DNA of 64,000 nt from the IMG/VR virus record IMGVR_UViG_3300033066_000360, positions 1 to 64,000 of that record; one strand, 5' to 3'. The position numbers were made by a program, and so were the translations under genes. Numbering within the stretch: the first letter of the stretch is position 1; every line of letters starts with the position of its first letter. This stretch comes from a virus. Taxonomy: Duplodnaviria; Caudoviricetes. Below are positions 36,671 through 48,484 of this stretch, piece by piece. Below the pieces are notes generated by a model. That model searched no databases, had not been told where the DNA came from, and saw only the letters and a list, made by a program, of their open reading frames with translations.

Positions 36671-37711
36671 TGGCACAGAAATTCGAAAAGTTGTACGTGA
36701 TCGCATACTATAAAAAGCGTTCTGGCATTTGGAGCACAGCGATACTGCATGATGCTAGCATTGATGATGCCCATGCATGGAACCAATACCAAACTCAAGA
36801 AGCCGAAGAGGAAACCACTCTCTGCCTTCCCTCCTTCAAGTCGTGGAAGAGAAAGGATCCGAGTGATTTCAAGGCTAATTTCTATCAAGCATCTGGAGAA
36901 TAATGGGCAAAACAATTGTTGCAGCGTATTTCCCAACGGAAATATACAATAAAGACAATCCTATCTACGCGATGGAGATTATTGATTCCGATATCCCTTC
37001 GCACGAATGGTTGACGTACATGAGAGAGAAGTCGGGGATTCCTGACCTAAAACTCTGTCATACCGGATGGATCGAGTCGTGGGTTCCCAGAAAGCCAAAG
37101 GCTCCAAAGTGGGAAGACAAGTATCAGCGAGAATCAACAGATGAGTAACTGGATTGAAGTGCAGGATGTAATCAACAATACCATTGGACGAACATACCAA
37201 GAGGGGCTAAACGTTGGTTCCGCTGTCCTAGCAAAAAGACGAGAGGGGATAGTGGATCTATCGTTCCTCAATGTGAAGTGGATTACTGTTGATTTCATGG
37301 CAGGGTTCCAGAATTCTTTGAATGGATCGTTCGAGAATATCCAGTTCCATTACATGGTTGAAGCAGTAAGAACCATTCTAGGAGCTAAGTATGTTCACAG
37401 TAACGCGAACGCCAGAAGGGTTGTATCGAGCCAAGGGCGCGACTCACGAAGTAGTGGATCGAACTTGGGTAGAAGCTCTCGGAAAGTTGACATTTCTGGA
37501 GGGTAGTGCTAGACTAGATATCGAAGGAATAGTTCTTGACCCATCCGAAATGGATAGTGGGCAGCAGGAACTACGAGACTCCATCTTGCAGGCAGAAGCA
37601 GAACTGTCCGCAGAAGAAGATGACTATATTCTGTTTCAAAAACTGGGGAAGTTGGACTACTTAATGTTTGAGTGGGTGCAACGGTATCCAGATGTTCAAT
37701 TCAAGAGGTAA
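36670..37711 (+). other. small hypothetical genes (36670-36903, 36903-37148, 37141-37506, 37391-37711)
   Basis: Coupled TAATG/ATGA-type junctions. Confidence 0.5.
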
Positions 37712-37712
37712 C

Positions 37713-38132
37713 ATGTTAACAATTGTTGTAAACTCCCCGAAAGCTTTCAAAGGCGTTGAACAGGTGTTTCTTCCAAGCGGGGATCCAGTGTTCACTTTCC
37801 GTGGGTTCCGGCCCGGAACAGGTGTACGTATTAAGAAGCCAGACGGAACCTACGAGAACGGCAAGGATATGGTTGTCACCGTCAAGGCTTTCGGAGAAAG
37901 ATTTGAGAAGCTGTTAACCAGCTTTGGTGAGGGCTTTATCGCTCAGGTGGACGGAGAGTTTGAGATTGATTCCGAGACTGGTGGTCCTAGGCTCTGGACA
38001 AACAAAGAGGGCAAGACTGGATGCAATTTCGTCTTCAGGGCGGAAAGGATTACTCCGGTTGTCTGGGGTGCAAAGAACAAAGAAGAGGCCAAGGAGGACA
38101 AGGGTGGGTCTACAGATGAAGTCCCCTTCTAG
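37713..38132 (+). CDS. ssb: single-stranded DNA-binding protein
   Basis: OB-like beta pattern and acidic tail GGSTDEVPF. Confidence 0.7.
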   Translation: MLTIVVNSPKAFKGVEQVFLPSGDPVFTFRGFRPGTGVRIKKPDGTYENGKDMVVTVKAFGERFEKLLTSFGEGFIAQVDGEFEIDSETGGPRLWTNKEGKTGCNFVFRAERITPVVWGAKNKEEAKEDKGGSTDEVPF

Positions 38133-38528
38133 GGACATGACTTTGCAAGAGGCCAGTACGTATCTAATGAAGGAGGAGAGCGAAGCGGAGACATTGCTTC
38201 GCTCTCGCCCTTTTACCTACGGATCTATTAGGCAAATAGATATCGGAGTAACAGTAAATGGAGTTAGCATGACTCTCATGGAGGCAGCTAACAAATTTTC
38301 CGACCAGAAAATGCGCCCATTTATTGTCTGGAGTGACTGATGAAAGAGATAAAAGACTTTTTCTTTATGCTAACTAATACCCTTGGATATATTGGCATTG
38401 TGGTACTCGTTCTTCTTGCAATACAGTTTGCGGTGTTGGCAGCAAAAGCAATAGGAGGGTGGTAATGGGATTTCTTGACAAGTATCTTATGCTTCCAAGT
38501 GGTGAACCGAACATGGTTCTTTGGATCA

Positions 38529-39218
38529 TTATTCTTGGGATGGTTGTGGTTGTGTCGGTATTGATTCGAGTGGGGATGAATAAGAAATAATTTCTCCTTC
38601 AAGAGGGCTGTCAAGACGGAGTGGCTTAGCTTCCCCAAGGATCTTAGCTGTATTCTCAAGGACTTCATCAGATGAATCAGAATCTAATCGACCGGCAAAA
38701 ACCAACTGAAGGTACGCGGTGGCAACTGGGGATTGCATTAGGACGTTTCCTGCTTGAACTGCATCCCGGTCCAATACAGGACGACCTGTCCCATCAGGCA
38801 CTGATGCTCCTATACGCATTAGATTTTCTAATAGTGGAGGGAAGCCAGCTTGGAGGATACTCATTATTTGATGTCGTACGTCTAGGACAGATTCATCGGC
38901 AAGAATTCTGGCTAGTACAATCTGACTTGCGACACCAATATAGCCCTTCTGCCTCCAATCGACAAGAGCTTCTACAGATACTCCAACAAGCTCTGCAAGC
39001 TCTTTCTCCGTCCGACGTTTTCCCGGCTCATACTTAAGGGTGCAATACTTAATTGCGCCTAGTAGCTGGCGAACATGAGAGGAGTTGGACACATCAATCC
39101 CAAGCTCTTTGGCCTTAGCAATATAGGCCCAAGACTTGTTAACCGATTGCCACTCCTCTTTGGTAATACCATAGGGAGCACCGCGCTCTACTTCTTCTTT
39201 ACTAAGTGGGTCTGACAT
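38529..39218 (-). CDS. HTH protein, candidate terminase small subunit
   Basis: TEKELAELVGVSVEALVDWRQKG helix-turn-helix followed by helical region; antisense to its neighbours. Confidence 0.45.
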   Translation of the reverse strand: MSDPLSKEEVERGAPYGITKEEWQSVNKSWAYIAKAKELGIDVSNSSHVRQLLGAIKYCTLKYEPGKRRTEKELAELVGVSVEALVDWRQKGYIGVASQIVLARILADESVLDVRHQIMSILQAGFPPLLENLMRIGASVPDGTGRPVLDRDAVQAGNVLMQSPVATAYLQLVFAGRLDSDSSDEVLENTAKILGEAKPLRLDSPLEGEIISYSSPLESIPTQPQPSQE

Positions 39219-40207
39219 ACCCTTATTATGTCACAAGGAGACACATGCAAAAACTATTTTGCGCTTACATCAAGTCAATTAACTACACAAAAGACCCTGT
39301 TACCGGCATGGTGGGCAGCAAAGAAAGTCGCGGAATCCTTACGACATGTACTGCCAAGACTCAGGCGGAGGCTAATCGCAAGTTCACCCAAATGGCCAAG
39401 ACAATCTGGCCGCAGACTGGCGATAATGCCAAGTGGTCACGAGTCGATGTGCAAACACATGAGGTTCCACTCATTGATGTGTTTGTTGTTTCTGCGAGCT
39501 TGAGGTGAGAAGCCTGTATGCTATTGAATGGGGGGCGCAACGAGTGGAGGATGACGCGCGAGTTAGCAGTCTAGGCATTCTCTTGGCAGGATCCATCGAA
39601 GATGCCCGAAATAAATCTTTTGATAAGGCTCATAGAGACTTTCCACAGAGAGACGGATACTGCAAACACTTTGTTAGGACGGATGTAGGACATGAACTTC
39701 AAGAGATTGTTAGGTTTATGGACACTGAAATGAAATGAAAACATTCATTTGCCATGCTTCATGTCAGGGGGATCTTACGGGTGAATCGCGGACAACCCTT
39801 GTACCATTCCCCGCTTATGAAGCAAAGACTAAAGAGGAAGCGGAATTTTGGGGATTAAAAACGGTCAAGTATTGGTTCCCAGAAGATCATTACTCTGATT
39901 ACAAGGTAGAAGTGGAGGTAATAAATGAAATATTGGGCAGTGCAAATACTGGGGCGTAAGGGAGGGGATGATTCGGAATGCTACGAACTGCATCTAACAG
40001 CTACAAGCGCCCCAACAAGAGAGCTTGCAATCGAAAGGATGACCCTTGAACTAAAAAAAACCAAAAGGGATCTCATGGCGCAAGGGAATGGCAGTTGGAA
40101 TTTCATTTTTGAGGTCAGGGAGGTTACCATAAAGGCTCACAATCTAATCATAAAGTTGAACGAAGCTCTTGGTCATGCAGGCTTTTCTTTTGAGAGAAAG
40201 GAGGATT

Positions 40208-40816
40208 GTGGGGACGCATGAATCCCTTTTCAGGGAGAACTTTGCCAAGTTAATTAACTCGCAGGGATGTATGGAGTGGGTTCCAAATCCAAACATTGTC
40301 TGGAGGGTGGCCAAGAAAGAAGGCGCAGACAGAAGTGCGACAGCCAACGGCAAGCCGGATGGCTATATCCTTACCATGGGCAGACACTATGACGTAGAGC
40401 TAAAGGCATCAGGAGCCAACGGGCTATACGACATGGGCAATCCCACGCTTCCTGAGGACAACAGTGATGGGCCGGGATGGAGGCAGAACCAGCGCGGTTA
40501 TTGGATTAAGCACAATCTGAATACTGGGACTCCATACTGGATTGGTATCGCCTTGTGGGGAGGCGGGAAGCCTTACTCTCCATGGGGGAGGTATATTCTG
40601 ATGAAGGCTGAGACATACATTGATCTTGAGTCATGGATCTATACCAATACTGGTCTAAGGGTACTAGCCTATAGTCCAGAAACCGGGATTGGATCCCGCA
40701 AGAACTTCTCATGGACCTCGTATCTGCGTGAATTCCCCCACCAAAAGAATCGCTCCGTTGAACTCGTATGGGAGAAAGGCGGATTGCGATTCGTTGATTA
40801 CATACCTTTCACATGA
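40208..40816 (+). CDS. PD-(D/E)XK nuclease, Holliday junction resolvase-like
   Basis: KPDGYILTMGRHYDVELKAS; GTG start after AAGGAGG. Confidence 0.6.
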   Translation: MGTHESLFRENFAKLINSQGCMEWVPNPNIVWRVAKKEGADRSATANGKPDGYILTMGRHYDVELKASGANGLYDMGNPTLPEDNSDGPGWRQNQRGYWIKHNLNTGTPYWIGIALWGGGKPYSPWGRYILMKAETYIDLESWIYTNTGLRVLAYSPETGIGSRKNFSWTSYLREFPHQKNRSVELVWEKGGLRFVDYIPFT

Positions 40817-42037
40817 TAGACCCAGCATACTTCAATTTCCTATTAGAAACCAACCCGAAGTCTGCCGCGAGCTTAGTGGCAGAACTTATATCAGAAGGGG
40901 TAATTCCCCACATTCCGCCAGATCAATTGCCGGGAGAATCGGATGAAGAATACAGCAAGCGATGGCAGGCCGATATCCAAGAAGTTACTGCGATTGCGCT
41001 ATCTAAGGGCGCAAGCTCGTTCCGTGAGGCTACTGCGGTCACTCTCTTGGCTGTCATCAAACAGGGATCTCACCTTGAGACAACGGAAGCGCGACAAATT
41101 GAGGCAGAGGGAGAAGATCCTCTTGAACTATTTCTTGGCAAGGTGTCGAGAGCGTTCAGTGCGCCCACTGTCAGCCGAATTCGAACGTTTCTACGCCTTA
41201 CTCTTCCAGCCCTACAAGCTGCGGGTGTTGAAGTTACCACCGCACATATCATGGCTGTTGTTAGAGGAGATGGCGATTTCACGGTGGCAGGACCCATCAG
41301 GGCAATCAATGATGCAGTTCGGCGTGATGGGAAACTATCGGAAGAGGATGCCAAGTATGCTTCCGGAGTTATAACCGGAGACATTAAAGACAATGAGGAG
41401 CAAGTGCGCGAGCACTTTTCCGACGGGAAATCCGAGAAGCGTAAGCCCATTGAAGCGGTCTATAATATAGCCACAGATGACAGAGTAGATGTTCTATTCA
41501 TCGGCATCACAGAAGACGAATGGAGAGTTCTCCAAAACCGTACAGAGGGTTATGTCAACTACAGACTCAAGTAAAGTAACAATAGAGTTCGACAACTACA
41601 AGGAAGAGACAACGAGCGCCATTGAATTGCGTCAGTGCAAAGTCTTTGGACCGTGGTATCAGGAGACAGATTGGGATGAAGCTGTTCGTATCCCACACAG
41701 CGGGTTCTCGCATCGTGGGATAACCTTTACACTCTCCGGCTTTGGCAAGCTGGACAAGAAGCCATCCATGCAGCCCTCCGCCAAAGTAAAGGACAAGTTC
41801 AACCTTATCTTTGGCAAGGGGTATATGCTTATCAAGTCCCACCATTGGGAAGCCATTTACTATCTGGAAAAGAAGGGACTTGTAGACGATCTACTCAAGC
41901 GAATGAAACGGCAGATGGACGCAGGCTCTAACAGACTAGACGCCCTGTCCACAGCCTTATCAGAGATGGGAGCTACCGCTCTAGAAGAACCAACAGTTAC
42001 GAAGCACATTGATACAGATACGCGACCAGAATTTTAA
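40813..42037 (+). other. two hypothetical genes preceding the helicase (40813-41574, about 41551-42037)
   Basis: Long uninterrupted coupled ORFs. Confidence 0.55.
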
Positions 42038-42039
42038 TC

Positions 42040-42225
42040 ATGGACAAGAGCAAATCAAGACCCGGCGAAATGAACGGCAATGCAGTACTAACCAAAGATA
42101 TGGTGAGAGCCATTAGGCGTCTTTGGAAGTCCGAAAAACTCACCCAATCCGAGATTGCATACGCATTTAGCGTCTCACGATCTGCCGTTAAGCATGTCGT
42201 GAACAAAACAACATGGGATAACTAA
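42040..42225 (+). CDS. small HTH protein (homing-endonuclease-type DNA-binding domain)
   Basis: GEMNGNAVLTKDMVRAIR...TQSEIAYAFSVSRSAV. Confidence 0.6.
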   Translation: MDKSKSRPGEMNGNAVLTKDMVRAIRRLWKSEKLTQSEIAYAFSVSRSAVKHVVNKTTWDN

Positions 42226-43631
42226 TGGCGTTCGTGCAAATGGAGAGATACCTTACGGGGTATCTCTCCGATCATCCGGACCAACTCAAAACTTATCCGG
42301 AATTGGGCAAGCTTCTTAATGATAGGCTTGCCCAAGCCATTTTAGGGGCTACGAACAGCGGGATAAGTGGAGATATTCAGGTCTTACTTACTGAGGTTAA
42401 CAAGAGGCTTAAGGAGCCTGTCGATGAGGCAACCCTAGCCCAAGTCCTAAACATGACTCGTCATACCAATGAGTATGACAAGCCGGATCCAGAGGGCGCA
42501 TATGTAATCATACGCACTTCATGGATTAAGGAGCATGGGGAGCGGGAATACAAGCGCATCACCCGCGATTACGATTCTCAGAAGCTTACATTTGAAGAGA
42601 TGAGTTCCCAGATGAAAGCCGTAGCTGAACAGCTAATGGCCCTCAAGGAAACTCAGTCTATGGCTACTGAGAACTGGGATGTTATTGGCCAGCAGATGGC
42701 GGAAGAAAGCAAGAAGAAGTTCGCATCGAAGGACTTCTTGACATTCGGGCCATTGTTCCCAATGATTTCAGAGGCTATTCCTCAGATCTCAGATGGTATT
42801 TTGGTCTCTCTATTGATGAGGACTGGAACAGGAAAGACTTCCGTTGCCATGTATCTTGCCCACTGGTGGGGCAGGTCTAGCGGGAAGCGTATTACTTATT
42901 TCAATACAGAACTAACCGAAGCGCAGATATTGCGCCGATGGATTACCCGCAGGCATAGTAGCGCAACATTCTCCATGTTGGAGGAGGGATTCTGGGACGA
43001 AGAATGCCAGAGGATTACCACAGAAGCCAAGAGGGATAACGTGGTGTATGTTTCTGCTGGAAACTGGACTACGGATCAGATCATTGACTTTGCATCTAAA
43101 ACTGGTGGCCCAATCATCATTGACTACCATGCCATGTTAAATCTTGCCCCAGAGATGAAACTCTTTGGGACGGAGACAAATGCAATTGGTGAGTCATTAA
43201 GAAAGCTAAAGGCTTATGCACAGACAAACAAATCTGTAGTTCTTATTCTTTGGCAGACAACTAAGGCAGGTGAGGACAAGCAAGTTCTTTCCGGCGCTGA
43301 TGCCGCTGGTTCGAAGCAAATCGAGAACAAGTCAAACGTCATTCTGAGCGTGGATTTCCGAAGGGTTGAAGCTAATACCTCTATTCAACATCCTTTTAAG
43401 AATGCTACGATCATGATTGACGAAGGAAACTATCTACCCGTCGGCAGGATGAGGATTGCCAAGGGTAACTTCTATCCGCCTAAGACGGAGTGGGTGTTCT
43501 TGGACGACAAGTTTACGGTTCGCGCTGTTCCAGCAACGTATCGTGAGTATGCCTTTAATACCTTCAAGTCCGCCGCTCCAAAACCAAAGGAGGCATGGAA
43601 GGACTGGAAGACTAAGAGCAAGGAGGAATAA
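42225..43631 (+). CDS. dnaB: DnaB-like replicative helicase
   Basis: MRTGTGKTS Walker A, YFNTEL, IIIDY Walker B, ILWQ, GSKQIENKSNVIL. Confidence 0.8.
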   Translation: MAFVQMERYLTGYLSDHPDQLKTYPELGKLLNDRLAQAILGATNSGISGDIQVLLTEVNKRLKEPVDEATLAQVLNMTRHTNEYDKPDPEGAYVIIRTSWIKEHGEREYKRITRDYDSQKLTFEEMSSQMKAVAEQLMALKETQSMATENWDVIGQQMAEESKKKFASKDFLTFGPLFPMISEAIPQISDGILVSLLMRTGTGKTSVAMYLAHWWGRSSGKRITYFNTELTEAQILRRWITRRHSSATFSMLEEGFWDEECQRITTEAKRDNVVYVSAGNWTTDQIIDFASKTGGPIIIDYHAMLNLAPEMKLFGTETNAIGESLRKLKAYAQTNKSVVLILWQTTKAGEDKQVLSGADAAGSKQIENKSNVILSVDFRRVEANTSIQHPFKNATIMIDEGNYLPVGRMRIAKGNFYPPKTEWVFLDDKFTVRAVPATYREYAFNTFKSAAPKPKEAWKDWKTKSKEE

Positions 43632-43662
43632 ATGCTTGAACTGATTCTGATTCTGATATACC

Positions 43663-44256
43663 TTGGTCCGGGGATCTTGCTTTTACTGGCTGCATTGTCT
43701 TTGGCGAATGTGGCAGACGGTGACGAGTAGAATGCTCAGGATGTTTCCTACACCACTGATTGGGCTTGCGCTACTCGTCGCATGTTCATCTCCTCTCCCA
43801 CCGTCCAAGCCAGATCTAGCAAAGGAGTTAACCACAACAAAGGTTAACTCTTCTGTCATCGTTAAACACTATCCCAAGTGCGTTCCCTACTTGGAGAGAA
43901 TAAGACAAGAGGCCAATCGTGTTGGTGTAAGGCCCAACATGTTCCTTGGACTAATCATCTACGAAAGTGGATGTAATACCAATGCCGTGTCCAGTGCTGG
44001 CGCTGTTGGTCTTGGACAGGTAATGCCAGACACAGCCATCAGAGGAAGGCCCAGTGCTACCGCACTAAGAGAGCCTAACTTCAATCTCAAGTGGTCCGCT
44101 GACATTCTAAGGGGAGCACTAAATCTCTACAAGGGTAATGAGGCCATGGGATTAGCTAGGTATAACGGATCAGCCGGAAGTGCGGCAGGTCAAAGGTATG
44201 CCAACATGGTATACACAATGGAGGCGAAAGTAAAGGAATGGAAAGTCTTCCCGTAA
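43663..44256 (+). CDS. lytic transglycosylase (SLT domain), putative lipoprotein
   Basis: IYESGCNTNAVSSAGAVGLGQVMP, ARYNG; LLVAC lipobox after the probable start at 43741. Confidence 0.85.
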   Translation: MVRGSCFYWLHCLWRMWQTVTSRMLRMFPTPLIGLALLVACSSPLPPSKPDLAKELTTTKVNSSVIVKHYPKCVPYLERIRQEANRVGVRPNMFLGLIIYESGCNTNAVSSAGAVGLGQVMPDTAIRGRPSATALREPNFNLKWSADILRGALNLYKGNEAMGLARYNGSAGSAAGQRYANMVYTMEAKVKEWKVFP

Positions 44257-44439
44257 AGAAGGTGTGTGGCACTTGCTACCATCTAGATAGAACTCGAAGA
44301 AGCTGGTCAAGAGTGGCCATTGGGAAACCAGACATGTTCCAATGCTGTGCCCCTACTCCAATGTGGGTATATGGACATGGAGAAGACAACTTTGTGGAAG
44401 AGAACGAGAATGCAGAAACGTGTTTGTTCCACATAGGGA

Positions 44440-45324
44440 GTGATGATGAGCAGCAGCCCAAGGTGCAGGGGGACAGGACCGGAGATACCTGACATAATCC
44501 CCAACGCGAAGAAGAAGGGCAACCATTGGGTTGCTCCTTGTCCTTTTCAGGGCGGGGAAGATCGAATGCAGATCTACGATGACCATACGTGGTGTAGAGC
44601 CTGCGGCGCATACAAGAGAACACGGGTAATACCCGGACGACAGATAAAGCGCAAGGGTGTTTATGTGATACCAGATAAGCCTCCAGTTGGCCAGTCTCTT
44701 GCGGCGGAATATCATGACAATCTTCGACCCGGAGACTATGATTACTTCGCTGGCAGAGGAATAAGCCGAATCTGGGCAGATCTGGGAATGTTAGGGTGGA
44801 AGAAGAAGTGGGAACGATACTCAATCCCATGCTTTTATCAGGGGCAATTGTGGGCCTTGCAGTACCGCGCAAGCAAGTACGGGCAAACTCCACGATATCT
44901 TAGCGAAAGCGGATCCTTTTCCGATCTCCTCTATGGCTATGACTTTTATGTAAAGATCAAGCCGCAAGCAGTGGTAATCGTAGAGGGTCCGCTTGACGCT
45001 TTGGCATTGTGGAGCCATGGGTATCCCGCTGTCTCAAGATTCTGCGGCAATAACACAGGTGTTCCTTGGCACGTAGAATTCTCGCATCTGCTTTCTTGTT
45101 CTAATGAGAAAGTAATAGTTGCGGACAATGATGAACCAGAGAAGGGTTTAACATTTGCAAAACTAAAAGCGGGTTTTATGCCCGGATCCAGAGTGGTTGT
45201 TCCACAGAGAGCCAAGGATGTTGGCGAGATGTTACAACAGGGCAGAGCAAAGGAACTGCCTCAGCTATTGGGACTGTTTCCCAACAAGTTAATCCAAAAT
45301 GGATTCAAGGAGAAGAATGCTTAA
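44440..45324 (+). CDS. DNA primase (zinc finger plus TOPRIM)
   Basis: CPF...CRACG, VEGPLDAL, ADND, KDVGE. Confidence 0.85.
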   Translation: MMMSSSPRCRGTGPEIPDIIPNAKKKGNHWVAPCPFQGGEDRMQIYDDHTWCRACGAYKRTRVIPGRQIKRKGVYVIPDKPPVGQSLAAEYHDNLRPGDYDYFAGRGISRIWADLGMLGWKKKWERYSIPCFYQGQLWALQYRASKYGQTPRYLSESGSFSDLLYGYDFYVKIKPQAVVIVEGPLDALALWSHGYPAVSRFCGNNTGVPWHVEFSHLLSCSNEKVIVADNDEPEKGLTFAKLKAGFMPGSRVVVPQRAKDVGEMLQQGRAKELPQLLGLFPNKLIQNGFKEKNA

Positions 45325-46480
45325 TAAGTTTGAGGATGTGGATTTCGAGACGGTTAAGACCATGATTGAGGCTGCCACCGCTCCCAATCAAGGGATGGAT
45401 CTCGATGTAAAGGCGAGTGATTTTCAGGCGATTGACTCCGAGACACGGACTGTTAGGTTCGGAAATAGTCTGTTTCGCCTTGAGGATCTGGCCGCGAAGG
45501 ATCTCTACAAGAAGGCTGGCGCTCCATACTTCGCAGAGAAGTCTTCCAAGGTTCTGGATCCCCTGCTGATGGAGTCTGAACTGTTTGCTCCCTATTGGGG
45601 GCCGGTTCTGACCACTGGCATGCAGGCGCTAAACAACAGGGTTGGCTCCATCTTTGTTCGTGGAACAAGGGGAATGGATGGAAATGTCTACGCTCGGAAG
45701 CTGTTCTCTTCAAGGGTCTACAAGCCATTCGATGGCATGGACATTCTTGAGGTCGCTGACAACTACAAGGACAAGCTCCCCGGCTTGGTCTTTAAGCATG
45801 TAAGTGCCGGACGAGACTACACCGGAATTGACATGTATTTCACAGGGCTGGATGAGACAATCCTTCCGCCTGAACTACAGGGACATTATCGTGTTGGCAT
45901 TCGTATCGCAACAGGAGAGATTGGAAACGCTGCTACGTCTCTTCGCCCATGTGTCTGGAGAACTCAGTGCCAGAATAGCTTTGCTCTTCGCGCTGGTGGT
46001 GTTAATGTTCGCGCTCTCTACAGCAAGCATACGGTTCATCGTCTGTTTGCGGAGACTGTGAACAACACCTTTCAGTTTGGCGTAGCGCTTGTCAATGAGA
46101 TTGAGGCTTCCAAGGAATTCCCAATCCCCGATCTGGACGATGTTCTCTGGGGATTCTGCGCTGTCAAGGGCTTTGGGAAGAATGTCTACGAAGCTGCTAG
46201 GGCTGGAACAGAAGGTAGCCGAACGCTCTTTGGGATCATCAATGGCATCACCCATGCCGCGAAGACTCAGGAGCCGGTTCTTGCGGATCAGATGCAGACA
46301 AAGGCCGTTGATGCCCTGTTCACCCGCATGAAGCAGAACAGGGATGAAGAGGGCGGTGTTTACACTTGGGACATGACTTCTCTTACCAGAGAGGAAATGG
46401 TGGAACGTGTGGATCATTGGCGCTCATTTTCCGATAGGAAACTAAAGGAAGAGACGGTTGCCGAAGAGCTTGGAGACTAG
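45299..46480 (+). CDS. DUF932-like protein
   Basis: YRVGIRIATGEIGNAA...VWRTQCQNSF...H pattern. Confidence 0.5.
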   Translation: MDSRRRMLNKFEDVDFETVKTMIEAATAPNQGMDLDVKASDFQAIDSETRTVRFGNSLFRLEDLAAKDLYKKAGAPYFAEKSSKVLDPLLMESELFAPYWGPVLTTGMQALNNRVGSIFVRGTRGMDGNVYARKLFSSRVYKPFDGMDILEVADNYKDKLPGLVFKHVSAGRDYTGIDMYFTGLDETILPPELQGHYRVGIRIATGEIGNAATSLRPCVWRTQCQNSFALRAGGVNVRALYSKHTVHRLFAETVNNTFQFGVALVNEIEASKEFPIPDLDDVLWGFCAVKGFGKNVYEAARAGTEGSRTLFGIINGITHAAKTQEPVLADQMQTKAVDALFTRMKQNRDEEGGVYTWDMTSLTREEMVERVDHWRSFSDRKLKEETVAEELGD

Positions 46481-46489
46481 GAGGTAATA

Positions 46490-48237
46490 ATGGAAAAAGA
46501 AATCAGCGTGCTAATTGGACGCTTTAAGGCGGTAATCTCTGATTTGAATGTGGCGTCGTCTGCGCCTAATATGGCTCCGTGGCAGACAAAGGGGATTCTA
46601 GAAATGCTTGGCAACGTTCAGCAGGGAGTGTCTCGTCTGATACTTCTTTCTGCAATTGCCGGTAGTCTTTCTGGGCAAAATGCCAATTTGGTTAAGGAGG
46701 CGCTTCCCAAGTACGCGAGTTACATCACGGGGGCAGAGTTGGACACGCAGATGGTTAAGCTTCTTGTGGACATGGCAAAAGAAGTGGACATGAGCAACAT
46801 GCCGGAGCCGCCACAGGATGATAACTTCGCTAAGTTCAAGAAGGCTCTAGAAGCGTAGTTCTGTAATGGGAGAGGGGAATGCCAACCCTCTCCCTATAAG
46901 GAGTGATATGGATGATGATAACGATGTGCTCAAGGTTGGGTGTGGATGCCTTATCTACATTCTGGCTTATGCATTCGCAATTGGTTGGGCTGTTCTTTGG
47001 TGGAATATTGGCACAATGGCAACGGATGGAATGGGGACCGGAGCATTGATTTGCTTGTATCCCATACTAGTTATCTGGTGCGCCAGTCCATTCATTAGTG
47101 TTACAGGATCATTACTCAAATGAAATATGTAGGTGGATTTGTTGTTGCGCTTCTCGCGCTATCGTTTCTGATTGGGTGGACTTGGATTGTCATAAGCACT
47201 GCTTTCAATCTTCTAAATGGTCTTCCAATTCAATGGATCATGGTTGGAGTCCCGGCAGCATTCTTTGTTGCTTTACTGCCATGGCTATGGATTGGGAAGC
47301 AAATGAAGGATGATTAATGAAATACACAATCATTGCTACGCCCGGACCTGAAAGATATGAAGTAGCCAAGTTCTTTTGGCTTGAGGATGCTTTTGAGTAT
47401 CACGTCGCCCATGGCGATACAGAGCTTTTCTACAGCGGCGAACGCATGTGTCGTATAACACAAGACGATAGGGTTGGCTTTGTTAGAGACCCATCCGAGA
47501 AGATTGAATTCCTCAATCGTTTGTCGGAGCAATGCATTGGAGTGGACGAGAGAGAATGGAAGAGAACACATCCCCAACCATGGGAGGGACCGAACTGGCA
47601 AGCCCCACCGATGCGGAGCTTTGGGGATCCGAATTGGTATCCGCAAGGGACAACAGCGCCAAAGGAATACTATCGGTATGTGACGGTTGGCGATTCCGTT
47701 ATGAAAAAAGAGGACAGTACTGGTGGACCCAGTTCTATTGCCAACACGTAACAACTCCATGGAGAGAGAGTCATAATGGTGCAAAGATTGAATGGGAAAG
47801 ACTACACCGAAAGGATGGAGATCCTACGGAAAGATCTAAACTCCCTGAGGAAAGTGACTTCGCCACAGCCCCGGAATGTGACCCATTTAGCGATAAGTAT
47901 GTCCCAGAACGGAATTTCCAATCGGAAAGCACGACTCCTCTGGCTCTCGGACTTGCTCCAAAGGGAACTCTTGACGACAAAAGACCTGAGCGAAAGCGAG
48001 CTAGAGAGTCTTTACACGCTCTGGGACGGAGAGACAAGGGAACTTATACTCCTATGCTATTCGGAAGCTCTCTTGAAATGGATAGAACAGGGGACAATCA
48101 AAGTGAGGAAGAAAGTTGACACCCAAACAGATGAGAGTGAAAGAGAAAGTGGCGAAGAGGGACAAGTTCCGATGTGTGGTGACGGATTGGGATTCAGTCT
48201 CGGAGACATGGAAGAATACTTTTACACAGGGGACTGA
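46490..48237 (+). other. hypothetical genes, two small membrane proteins (46490-46858, 46866-47123, 47120-47317, 47317-47751, 47776-about 48140)
   Basis: Coupled ORFs; hydrophobic segments in two. Confidence 0.5.
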
Positions 48238-48484
48238 TGGTGGACATGTCTTTGTTCCCCGCGCTCTCTTGCCCGGACGAGATGATACATACCACGAGTA
48301 CAACATTGTGCTTATGTCAAACACCGCGAACTTGAACTTTCACCGGTCAAAACGCTTGACAGCGGCCAAGTATTTGGTTAAGATGTATGGTGTAGAAGCG
48401 ATCCAAAATTGGATCAACAGCCTTGGGATGAAATATCCCGTTCAAGTTCTACGCTGGATGTCCAGCTTAGAGGAGTCAAAATGA
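48116..48484 (+). CDS. HNH-like nuclease
   Basis: RDKFRCVV...GGHVF...YNIVLMS...FH. Confidence 0.45.
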   Translation: MTPKQMRVKEKVAKRDKFRCVVTDWDSVSETWKNTFTQGTDGGHVFVPRALLPGRDDTYHEYNIVLMSNTANLNFHRSKRLTAAKYLVKMYGVEAIQNWINSLGMKYPVQVLRWMSSLEESK

